DNA of 64,000 nucleotides from Pristiophorus japonicus. Its lineage: Eukaryota. Made by a program: the position numbers and the translations under genes. The stretch is taken from the NCBI RefSeq assembly GCF_044704955.1, contig NC_092002.1, forward strand, positions 9,858,001 through 9,922,000, read 5' to 3'. The notes under the pieces are model-generated. The model saw only the letters and a program-made list of their open reading frames with translations. It ran no database searches and was not told the origin of the DNA. Below are positions 49,491 to 60,624 of this stretch, one piece after another (position 1 is the first letter of the stretch; each line of letters begins with the position of its first letter).

Positions 49491-50419
49491 CACAAGGAGC
49501 ATCTCAAAGGAGGAGAGAGAGTTGGAGAAGTTTAGGGAGGGAATTCCAGAGCTGGACAACTGAAGGACGGCCACCGATGGTGCAACAAAGAAAAATCAGG
49601 GACGCGCAAGAGGCCCGAATTGGAGGAGGGCAGAGATCTTGGGGGGTTGTGGGGCTGGAGGAGGTGACAGAGATAGGGAGGTGGGGTGGGGGAGCGGCCA
49701 GGCCATGGAGGGATTTGAACACAAGGGTGAGAATTTTAAAATTGAGATGTTACCCGAACGGGAGCCAATGTGGGGCTGCGAGCACAGGGGAGGGGCGCGT
49801 GGGACGGGTGGGAGATGGGTGAATGGGACAGCGGCTCCGTAGGGGATAAAATCGACAAATCGTTTCTGTTGTAACCACACTCGCAGTCAAAGATCCATTT
49901 GGTTTAGGTGTCCTCCCACACACGCACACACGATTTATGGAATATTTACAAAGGGATATTGCAAATATTTACATTGTTTCTGAAGAGGCATAATTTCCAG
50001 TGAGTGCACAGTTATTCATGGGGGAGTGGGGGATGATGGGAAATGCATTGTGTGCTTGACATTAATTTTAAAAAATTGCACGGATAAAATAAGCGAGACA
50101 TTTTTCTTCCAATGCCAATTCATCTCCTTGCTTGGCTACGACGGCAAGAGTGGCGTCAGCCTCTGTTATCGCACTTGACTGGCTGTGGGTGAGTGGAAGC
50201 GAGCACTGGCAGACTATTCAACCACGGGGAGCATCGCCGTTGAGCCTGACTCTGCCCTCACCTCGGCATTCCAAGCAGGGGTCACTGGCATAGTGATCAG
50301 GAGCAGGAACCCTGACTGATTCACCCCCCCTCCACCTCGATACTCCAAAGGGTATTGAAGCCTCCTCGACGGTGCCCCCCGCCGCGCCCCAGATCAGATA
50401 AGTTGCCACACGAACCTCC

Positions 50420-50878
50420 CCTGGCTCAGTGGGCAGCACTCTCACCTCTGACCTCGAAGCTTGTGGGTTTGAGTCCCACTCCAGAGACTTTGAGCACAAA
50501 ATCCAGGCTGACACTCCCAGGGCAGTGCCGAGGGAGCGCCGCACTGTCGGAGGTGCCGTCTTTCGGATGAGACGTTAAACTGAGGCCCCATCTGCCCTCT
50601 CAGGTGGATGTAACAGATCCCACGGCACTATTTCGAAGAAGAGCAGGCGAGTTATCCCGATGTCCCGGGGCCAATATTTATCCCTCAATCAACGTCACTA
50701 AAAGAACAGATGAACTGGTCATTATCACGTTGCTGTGTGTGGGAGCTTGCTGTGCGCAAATTGGCTGCTGCGTTTCCCACAGTACAACAGTGACTACACT
50801 CCAAAAGTATTTCATTGGTTGCAAAGCACTTTGGGACGTCCTGAGGCTGTGAAAGGCGCTATATAAATGCAAGTTTTT
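50420..50878 (+). mobile_element. DeuSINE copy
   Basis: TGGCTCAGTGG head through GGCGCTATATAAATGCAAGT tail. Confidence 0.9.
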
Positions 50879-51109
50879 CTTTCTATTTTCAACACCCACT
50901 TGGAGTTGGTCTATTGCCACATTGGTTAGCTGAGCAGGGATGGAGACTGGGAGCTTTCTGGTCTGTATAGCTCAAAAATAGGCTGGGTGGCACCTTTCCC
51001 CCAAGAAGCCAGCGGGTTGCCTGCCTCTAACTGTCCGCCAGTGGTGTTTTGGCACAGTGCGTGAGATGCCAGATAGCGGCTCTTGCTATCCCTCCATCGT
51101 AGGTCCTAA

Positions 51110-52155
51110 ATTGACTATTCCAACGCACTCCTGGCTGGCCTCCCACAGTCTACCCTTCGTAAACTTGAGGTGATCCAAAACTCGGCTGCCCGTGTCTTAA
51201 CTCGCACCAAGTCCTGTTCACCCATCGCCCCCTGTGCTCGCTGACCTGCATTGGCTTCCGGTTAAGCAATGCCTCGATTTCAAAATTCTCATCCTTTTTT
51301 CAAATCCCTCCATGGCCCTCGCCCCTCCCTATCTCTGTAATCTCCTCCAGCCCCACAACCCCCCGAGATCTCTGCGCTCCTCTAATTCTGACCTCTTGAG
51401 CATCCCTGATTATAATCGCTCCACCATCGGTGGCCGTGCCTTCTGTTGCCTGGGCCCCAAGCTCTGGAACTCCCTGCCTAAACCTCTCTGCCTCTCTCTC
51501 CTCCTTCAAGACGCTCCTTAAAACCTAGAGGCACTGACCACACTCGATCAGCTCCGCTGGGCGGGCCACATAGTCCGCATGCCTGACACGAGACTCCCAA
51601 AGCAAGCGCATTACTCGGAACTCCTTCACGGCAAACGATCCAAAGGTGGGCAGAGGAAACGTTACAAGGACACCCTGAAAGCCTCCCTGATAAAGTGCAA
51701 CATCCCCACCGACACCTGGGAGTCCCTGGCCAAAGACCGCCCTAAGTGGAGGAAGTGCATCCGGGAGGGCGCTGAGCACCTCGAGTCTCGTCGCCAAGAG
51801 CGTGCAGAAACCAAGCGCAGGCAGCGGAAGGAGCGTGCGGCAAACCAGTCCCACCCTCCCTTTCCCTCAACCACTGTCTGTCCCACCTGTGACAGGGACT
51901 GTGGTTCTCGTATTGGACTGTTCAGCCACCTAAGGACTCATTTTTAGAGTGGAAGCAAGTCTTCCTCGATTCCGAGGGACTGCCTGTGATGATGATACCT
52001 CCCTCTTTGACCAAGCTTTTGGTCACCTGTCCTAATTTCCCCTCTGGTGTCTCAGTGTCAAATTTCTATCCCATAACACTCCTGTGAAGCACCATGGGAC
52101 GTTGCACCACGTTAAAGGCGCTATATAAATACAAGTTGTTTTTGTTGTTGTTGTT
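51110..52155 (+). mobile_element. L2 LINE 3' fragment split by a nested RTE 3' fragment (about 51527-51996)
   Basis: LADLHWLPVKQ...GPKLWNSLP; RTE ORF 51579-51947 intact to RIGLFSHLRTHF; the L2 3'UTR resumes at ACCTCCCTCTTTGACC. Confidence 0.9.
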
Positions 52156-52286
52156 AAATGGAAAATGCAGGCGATCGGTTGCGGACCAGGTTTCCGAACC
52201 CTTGTGGAGGTCGCTTTAACTGCCCCCTCGACCTGTCGACGGTTGCAGCCCTCCAACATGTCCCTGGGATGGGAACAACATGCACT

Positions 52287-52300
52287 GTTACCCTGGCAAC
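52287..52300. promoter_or_regulatory. RFX X-box motif
   Basis: GTTACC-CT-GGCAAC, a perfect match, in a repeat-free patch between the two GPCR genes. Confidence 0.45.
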
Positions 52301-52829
52301 CGAAGCAAAAATCCAATTATTTACCCAGGAGTAAAACAAATCACTCACTGAAAGTTTCCAGCGCAAGTATTGTTTTTCTTTTAAAATAAAGAGCGCAGAA
52401 TTTATTTTAAATTATTTGGAGGGGACTGATTCAGCGGGATTAAAAGGGTCGCATTTGAAACCCGTTAGAATCATGCAGTACAGAAAGAGGCCATTCGGCC
52501 CATCGTGCCTGTGCTGGCTCTTTGAAAGAGCGACCCGATTAGTCCCACTGCCCCCCGCTCTTTCACCATAGCCCTGGACAAATTTCCTTTTTAAGCATTT
52601 ATCCAACCCCCTTTTGAAGGTTACTATTGAATCTGCTCCCACCGCCCCTTCAGGCAGCGCAGTGCGTTCCAGATCACAGCAACTCACTGCGTAAATAAAA
52701 TTCTCCCCCTCAACACCCGCTGGTTCTTTTGCCAGTTATCTTAAATCTGTGCCCTTTGGTTACCAGCCAGTGGAAACAGCTTCTGCCTATTTACTCCAGC
52801 AATACCCTTCATAATTTTGATCGCAAGAA

Positions 52830-53240
52830 TTGCGTTTATATAATGATTGTCATGACCACCAGGTATCCCAAAGCACTTTACAGCCAAAAAAATAAATTTT
52901 GAAGTGTAGTCACTGTTGTAATGTAGGAAACGCGGCCGCCAATTTGCGCACAGCAAGCTCCCACACACAGCGACGGTGACAATGACCCAGATTAATTTGC
53001 GACACCAGGAATAACTCCGCTGCTCTTTTTGAAATAGTGCCGCAGAATCTTTCACGTCCACCCGAGGCCTCGGTTTAACGTCTCGACCGAAAGACGGCAC
53101 CTCCGACAGTGCGCCGCTCCCTAAGTACAGGCACTGGGAGCGTCAGCCTAGATTTTTGTGATCGGGTCTCTGGAGTGGGGTCTTGAACCCACGACCTTCT
53201 GAGTCAGAGGCGAGGGTGCTGACCACTGGGCCACGGCTGG
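52830..53240 (-). mobile_element. DeuSINE copy
   Basis: Reverse complement of the consensus with small deletions. Confidence 0.85.
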
Positions 53241-53835
53241 GGAATAACGACGCGTCGGGACTTGGATATGATGCCCACACAGTCGAATATCCCGCCCCTC
53301 CGGTTCCATGCCTGTTCTCACGGGCGAAGAACGGTCACGCGGGTGAGATGTCAAGGGGGGAGGGGGGGGGAGCGGAATGGATAAAAAGGAGGGGGAGCAT
53401 GGGGATAAATGAGCCACAATGCTCACTGGGAGACTGCTAGCAATCTCAAGGTTTGGGATCTGGGAAAGCAAATGAGAAACAGCCACTCGTGGGACCACAG
53501 CTGAATGGTTCTGCTGGCTTCAAGCGCTTCTCCTGGCAGATTCTCCGGAAGCCCCCTGGGTGACCCTTCGACAACTTTTTAATGTTGTTCTTTTAAATAG
53601 TTTGATGATAAAACTGAGTAAGTTTGGCTGAAAGGCGCAATGCTTTCATGGATAGATAGGAAGGCTTGCGTCTGACTTTTGGGTGATCATGTGCTGTGGG
53701 CTTGTGTTTGAAGCGAAGCCATAAGTGTCCGACAATTATTTAATTTCGCTATCCACAGTTGGTGGAAAGGTCAGGGGGCGAGGGGTGGGGGGCTGCGAAG
53801 ATTCGATCCAAAGTGTCGTTTTTTGCTATTTTAAG

Positions 53836-54297
53836 TGTCAGCCATGGCTCAGTGGGCAGCACACTCGCCTCTGAGTCAGGGTTCAAGTCCCACTCCAGGG
53901 AGTTGAGCACAAAAATCTAGGCCGACACTCCCAGTGCAGTGCTGAGGGAGCGCCGCACTGTCGGAGGTGCCGTCTTTCAGATGAGACGTTAAACCGAGGC
54001 CCCGACTGCTCTCTCGGGTGGACGCAAAAGATCCCGCGGCACTATTTCGAAGGAGAGCAGGGGGAGTTCTCCCCGGTGTCCTGGGGCCAATATTTATCCC
54101 TCAGCCAACATAACAGAAACAGATTATCAGGTCATTATCACATTGCTGTGTGTGGGAGCTTGCTGTGCGCAAATTGCCTGCCGCGTTTCCCACATTACAA
54201 CAGTGACTACGTTCCAAAAGTACTTCATTGGCTGTAAAGCGCTTTGAGGCGTCCGGTGCTCGTGGAAGGCGCTATATAAATGCAAGTCTTTCTTTCT
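53836..54297 (+). mobile_element. DeuSINE copy, full length
   Basis: Colinear with the consensus. Confidence 0.9.
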
Positions 54298-54818
54298 AAT
54301 AGTTAAAACCTCTCAGTTCTGGTATCATTCTAGCAAATCTTTGTTGCCTTTTTGAGCGCAGTGCATGCGGCCTAACCAACCTCCACCAGAGAGGCAGTCT
54401 GCATCCCACACACTTTCCACAGACAAGTGTTGAGGACATCATTTCTCGTTTTTTGCTTCTCCGCCCTAGCTGTTCGAGCTGAAGCCGCCTTCTGTTCTCC
54501 GTGGCTGCTTCCCCGTGTGGGACGCCCTAACTCCCCCTCGGCGACCTCGCTGGGGTTGCGGGCCCCCCCCCCCCAGGGTTGCTGGCCGAACCCCCAGTAC
54601 CCTCACCCCCGGTGGTCACACACACCACGTGCGAGCCCAGACGGCGAGCGGCTGCGGGCTATTCGGCCAGGCGATGCGTCATGGCCGGGCCCGCGATTCC
54701 TGCTCTCAGCTGATGTCCACGAGCAAGGATGGCAGGGGATGGGCGGGGGGGGGGGGGAGGGGGTGGTGGGGTGCAGTGTGCGAGGGGGCATGTCATTGGA
54801 TAACCGTCAGGACCTGAC

Positions 54819-55334
54819 GGAGCCGAAATTGCCCCTTTTAGCAAGAGCCGTTATGAGTGTCCTCTCCGACGATCGGGACGTTGCACTCCTGATTTTTTTT
54901 TGAGGCGCAGAACCTGACCGAACCCCTCCTGTGCAATCGCTGACAGCGACATCACGATAACGCGCACCTCCTGGTTCCCGCCCCGGAAGCGACACTGCCC
55001 TCAAAAAAAAAACAAATCGCTTGACCGATTGTCGGTGCCTCCAACAGCTTTGCTCGGCCGGAAGCAGCCAGTGGCTGGGTGGCGGTCTGCCCTTAAAGGC
55101 CGTCAAGTATCGCCCTCTCCTTTAAGTGAAGGGGAGCGACGTAGCTAAGCATCAGTGCAACACCGAAGACACCGCCCGCCTTCCGCCCCGCTCCCGACTC
55201 GCCTCTGTCCGCTCCGCAGCCCCAAGCGCCGTCCCGATCATTTTTCTCAAGAAAAGAGGGCGATTTCACTCTATTCCCCGTCCCAACGATTGGGGCGGTA
55301 ATGCACCAAACGGGGCGCAGGACAATTTTTCCCC
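54819..55334. mobile_element. GC-rich MITE-like element
   Basis: Termini GGAGCCGAAATTG ... CAATTTTTCCCC; internal CCCTCTCCTTTAAG motif shared with 33735-34424 and 59940-60327. Confidence 0.55.
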
Positions 55335-55631
55335 TGGCGCTTTTTATTCTTCCCTCTCTCCTCCCCCCACCCCCAAGTTGAAGGGCGCCGAGGCCAACTG
55401 TAGCACCCCCTCCCCCCCCCCCCCAATCCCGCCCTCTGCTCTGGGCGGAGATCAGACAACTCAACACGGGCTAACGATGGGGCCTGGTCACCCAACCTAG
55501 CCAGTCTGACCCTTGACCCCCAGCGGCTCGCACCCTCTCTGCGGGCGGTGGCAATTGGAACAGCCCTGGCGGGTCGGCGGGGCCTCAGGGAGGGGCCGCG
55601 TGGCGCGGCAGGGTGAAATAACCGCAATATA

Positions 55632-55645
55632 GCGCCACCTAGTGG
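55632..55645 (-). promoter_or_regulatory. CTCF motif (reverse)
   Basis: Minus strand CCACTAGGTGGCGC, a perfect core. Confidence 0.6.
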
Positions 55646-56805
55646 GCCACTGCTCCACCCGGTGGACTACTGTGGTAATGCAACTGATGTCAATCCAATA
55701 AAAGCATCACGTGACAAGGTCACCTGACAAGTTCCTGTTGGAGACATCTTGTGTGTGTTGTGATGTTGTAAAGAATTTATCACAATAACAGATTGGAGAA
55801 CACGTCCCATCTTCAAAGTCTTTATTGAAACAGTGAACCCTGAAGGCAACATGATACGGGAGCCCGACATACCAAAGACGCATTCAATAGTCACAAGAAC
55901 TAAAGCACCAGTGCGATACACAACACACTGAAATAAATACAGAGAGCCTCACATATGATCCAGGAGGAGGGAGGTTTTTGCTTGGTATTCATTCCTGGGA
56001 TGAGGACAAAGCTGGCATTTATTGCCCATCCCTAATTGCCCCTTGAGAAGGTAGTGAGCCGTCTTCTTGAACCGCTGCAGTCCGTGTGGTGAAGGTGCTC
56101 CCACACAGTGCTGTTAGGGAGAGAGTTCCAGGATTGTGACCCAGCGACGATGAAGGAACGGCCGATATATTTCCAAGTCGGGATGGTGTGTGACTGGGAG
56201 GGGAACGTGGAGGTGGTGGTGTTCCCATGCGCCTGCTGCCCTTGTCCTTCTAGGCGGTAGAGGTCGCGGGTTTGGGAGGTGCTGCCGAAGAAGCCTTGGC
56301 GAGTTGCCGCAGTGCATCTTGTAGACGGTGCACACTGCAGCCAGGGGGCGCCGGTGGTGGAGGGAGTGAGTGTTGAAGGTGGTGGGTAGCGTGCCGATCA
56401 AGCGGCTGCTTTGTCCTGGATGGTGTCGAGCTTCTCGAGTGTTCCACCACACTCCCGACTTGTGCCTTGTGGATGGTGCAAAGGCTTTGGGGAGTCAGGA
56501 CGTGAGACACTCACGACTGAGTACCCAGCCTCTGACCTGCTCGTGCAGCCATGGCATTTATGGTATTGATACGCACTTTACTATCAAGAACGAGACAAGC
56601 TCAGACCAGTCCACGTCATTGTACAGCCTCAAACTGTGTAAGCACACCCCGGATCTTTATTTCTTTTCTCTGCTCGCCCCCTGACTCTTTCTAGTAGCAA
56701 GAGTTGCCCCACCACCCCCGTGCTTTCATGTGCCAGCCTCGGCAGTCAGCCTCTAGGGGCTATTTGGCTGTGGGAGGCATCGCGGCCGAGCCTTGGAGCT
56801 GCTGC

Positions 56806-57214
56806 TGGGCATTGCCAACTCTGGCTGGCGGTACTCCCGGAGGCTGCGTCACATGACGACACCCCCATGGCCCCGCTCCCCCCCCCGCTCTCCCGTCATT
56901 GGTCGCCCGTGATGTCCATCCCCGCGGAGCCCTGCCTTCCACCGCCAATTGCAGAACAGAGTCTCCGCTGCCCAAACTGGCTGTGGACTGTCAGAAAAAC
57001 AATCTTTATTTTCACGCCCCGCCACAACGCCAATATTTAAAAAAATAAAATAACAAACAAAAGCATTCGAAAGAAAATAGAATTAAAAATACACAATTCT
57101 TGTTTGACACCCCCTCAGATTATATTTCCTGTGGTGTTGCTCGGGGCAGCGTACTGCCGATTAATCTACGATTCCTGGAGGATCCAGGACAATCCTGGAG
57201 GGAGTTGGCAACAC
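56806..57214. mobile_element. Old hAT-like non-autonomous DNA element
   Basis: Termini TTGCCAACTC ... GAGTTGGCAA resembling TAGGGTTGCCAAC-type TIRs; related pieces near 29830-30000 and 30675-30706. Confidence 0.5.
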
Positions 57215-58719
57215 TTGGTTTTCAGGGCAGAGGGCTAGTCTTCGATGGATGTTTTCTCCCTTGAGGTGGCACTCCCGAATCTCTCCTACCATCATCCGAA
57301 AGGCTCTGGTTGTGGCTGTGATTGATGGCAGCAGTGAAGAACAGCAAGACGTTTGAGTTACACCGCTCCCCTGCTCTACACAATATTTGGCATCAGACCG
57401 ATTAAACATTCAGACACATGTTACACAATAAATATTTGCTCCGTGAAGCAATTCGCTTCATGGAAAAATGTAAGAATAAATTATTCAGAACTCGTTACCA
57501 GAAGTTTTGAATCAACCAGCACAATGCTTTTGTTCTCTCCTTGCTTACGATGCCTCCCCCCCACCCATACCGGTTTGGGGCACGGTTCCACAGGCCTCAA
57601 CCGCTGTCTTGTAACACACGGCGGGCTCTTCGACCTTGGTGTGCAGCACCGCCGAGTCCGATCTTGTTCGGACTCAGTGTCCGCCTGCAATCTCTTTTCA
57701 ACGGGGGGGGGTCAGGGATGGGTGGGGGGGGGGGGGGGGAAAAGAGTTCCCGGACAGTGAGCAGGAGCAGGAACCCATGGAAATCAATGCTGGGACCATC
57801 TGCAATCGAGATCCCTGGCTGGAGGTCTTACCCAGTAACCCAATAGGCCCTGGAGCAATTGGAGGGCTTTGGAAATCAGAATTAAATTTTTTTGCCCACT
57901 TGATTCCCTTACAATCATTGCAGTTCCAGGAGAGAAGGCGGCCTTTCGGCCCATCGAATCTGTGCCTGTGCTAGCTCCAATCCCATTTTCCTGTCCTTTC
58001 CTCCCCTCCCCTGTATCCTTTGTCCTTTTCAAACACCCAAGAGTTGGAGCTCATAATCCAAGATGACACTTCAGCCCAGCACTGAGTGAGTGCTGCAGTT
58101 TCCGAAGTCAGGTGGGACATCAAACCGACGTCCCATTTGTTTGATTAGTCGGACAGCAAAGATCCCAAGGCACCGTTCAAATGAGAAGATTCCCCCAGGA
58201 GACCATAATCTCTCCCTTTCCTCCCCTTCTTGTTACAACCCCACCCCCCCCCACCCCGTTTATTTTTTCTCTTTTTCCCATGGCAGCTGGTGATGATTCC
58301 GCCATTCACACCCCACGTAGCTCTGATTCTCCAGCTAGCTTCAACACTACATCAAGAAGTATGGTGAAAGGTCAGAGCTTCAGAATCCAAATCCTTTAAT
58401 AATGTAGCGTTGAGGCTAGCTGGAGAATCAGAGCTACGCTCGCATTACGCTACGCTCTGACAGAAACCGGTAATCACTGTACTTCTGGGAAGGTTTGATA
58501 CAACAAGAGATTCGTTTCTAATCACTAAAAGTTACAGACAGTCTGAGCTAAAATGGATGCTTTCACCCTGCTTGCTGGCTGGTTTACTCTTTGGTTTTTG
58601 TTTCTCGTTGTTCTTTTCTGTCCAATCGGGAAAACGCCACCCTGTGGCTGGAGTACTTCATGACAGCTACTGTGTCCAGAATTAAACTGGCTCCAACCAA
58701 TACACCCCATCTAGACTAA

Positions 58720-58975
58720 TCTTTTGTTCCCTAACTTGTGCCATTACCATCTCATTTTTTCCCATCATCCCTTTTGTCTCTCTAATCTCTCCTGCCTTCC
58801 ACCCTATCACAGACCTTCCCCTTTTGTGCTTTCCTCCCTTCCCCCCTTTCAGTGCCCCTGCACTTCCTTAAGAATCTGTTACATCTCAAACTTTTCCAGT
58901 TCTGATGAAGGGTCACCGACCCGAAATGTTAACTCTGTTTCTCTCTCCACAGATGCTGCCTGACCCGCTGTTCTT
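58720..58975 (+). mobile_element. Penelope-like element terminal-repeat fragment containing a minimal hammerhead motif
   Basis: Pyrimidine-rich leader, then AGTT-CTGATGA-A-GGGTC-ACC-GACCC-GAAA-TGTT-AACT. Confidence 0.7.
58898..58934 (+). ncRNA. Putative minimal type I hammerhead ribozyme motif
   Basis: Core CUGAUGA (58902-58908) and GAAA (58923-58926), 5-bp stem II GGGUC/GACCC, 4-bp stem I AGUU/AACU, loopless stem III. Confidence 0.55.
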
Positions 58976-59447
58976 ATTTCAGACTTGCCCTGGTGCCTTG
59001 GCCAACAATCCTCTCAGCTCCACTATTTGAGAAGCCTGCTCCTTATCTTCTGGCCTCACTTCAGCCCGACGCCCCTGATATTTGGCAGGGCGGATAAGTC
59101 AGTGGACCTTCTCTTGGGCGGGAAGACTTGAGGCCTTCTGCGACCAGTGGACACCGCAGAATGTCGAGTGTCTTGTCGACACTGATCTAGTTTAGTTGGT
59201 GGTTTTGCGGCCTTATTTTTAAGCACCCTTTGGTTTAATTGGACCACTTGCTTGGTTATTGTGCTAGTGGTGCTCTTAAAGGGCCACTCGTAGTGTTGAT
59301 TCCTGTCAGGCGACACTGGAGCGACTCCGCTTTGGGCCACCAAAATAGGCCCAACCTCAATCACAGGGGTTGCTCTAAGGTAACCTGATTTCAGCTGAGG
59401 CAGTAGTTAGATGGTACTGCCCAGGGATGCTTAGTGCCCCTGGGCTA

Positions 59448-59865
59448 TGAACATGAGAAATAGAAGCAGGAGTAAGCCATTCGGCCCCTCGAGCCTGCTC
59501 GGCCATTCAATATCATGGCTGATCTTCTACCTCAACTCCACTTTCCCGCCCTATCCCCTTGTCCCTTGATTCCCTTGAAAATACCCAATGCCTGAGCCTC
59601 CACAGCCCTCTGGGGCAGAGAATTCCAAAGATTCACCACCCTCTGAGTGAAGAAATTCTTCCTCGTCTCAGTCCTAAATGGTTGACCCCTTATCCTGGGA
59701 CTATGTGACCCCCGGTTCTAGACTCTCCAGCCCGGGAGAAATAGCCTCTCAGCATCTACCCCTTTCAAGCTCCTTAAGAATTTCATATGTCCCAATGAGA
59801 TCACCTCTCATTCGTCTATATTCCAGAAAATATAGACCCAATCTACTAAATCTCTCCTCGCAGGT
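59448..59865 (-). mobile_element. CR1 LINE 3' fragment
   Basis: Reverse complement of the CR1 tail and coding end. Confidence 0.85.
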
Positions 59866-59939
59866 TAAACCGTCTGGATTCCCATTCATGCTCACTCTTT
59901 GAGTGACTCCCAGGTGGAAATCACACGTCTCGAGACTGG

Positions 59940-60327
59940 GAGGATGAAAATGCCCTCTCTTTCATTTTTTTCAATGGGTTGGGGCAGCGTTTTGGGCGGA
60001 GGTGGGTCGGGAGCGGGGCGGAAGGCGGGCAGTGTCATCAGCGCCGCGCTAATGCCCCTTCCCTTCAGTTAAAGGGGAGGGCCACTGTACATGCAGCAGT
60101 CCACTTCAGCAGTGCCCACCTGGGGAGGGGGGGGGGGGGGGTGGGCTGTGGCCATACCCGTGGCCGCCGCTGTTGGGCCGACCTCAGAGTCGGACGGCAA
60201 TTAAAAACAAAATGGCCGGCGCAGTGCCCTCCCCTTTAAGAGCAGACGCTCAGCCACTGGCAGCTTACTCCTAAGGGGCGGTAATGGACCTTAAGGAGGT
60301 GGGGGGGGGGGGTTCAATTTCGGCCCC
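59940..60327. mobile_element. GC-rich MITE-like element with 3-bp TSD (TGG)
   Basis: GAGGATGAAAATG ... CAATTTCGGCCCC; TGG at 59937-59939 and 60328-60330. Confidence 0.6.
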
Positions 60328-60624
60328 TGGGTCTAGGGTTGGGATTGGGGGTCACTTCCGATGCTTGCCGTGGTCGAATAGCCTGCCGTCATTCATTGTC
60401 CAGATTCGCAGCGAAGGAGGGTCCACCTTGGGTTGAGGTAGCGGGCGGCTGCTGGGGGCTCCAGAGGGGTCGTCGTTGACAACAGGGATGGTGGGGGGGT
60501 TTTGGGTGGGGTGGGTGGGGGGGGGAGAAAGTGGAAACGGGCGATAAGAACAAATATGAACAACCGTGAGAAGCCACGATGGCGCCCATCAGGGAGGGCG
60601 TGCGGAAACACGGTGGACGCCGGC

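Noticed and set aside
54384-56354. Additional CTCF-like strings (54384, 56338; also 34560)
   Set aside because: Spacing mismatches to the core, or located within a LINE remnant; too weak to call without a matrix scan.
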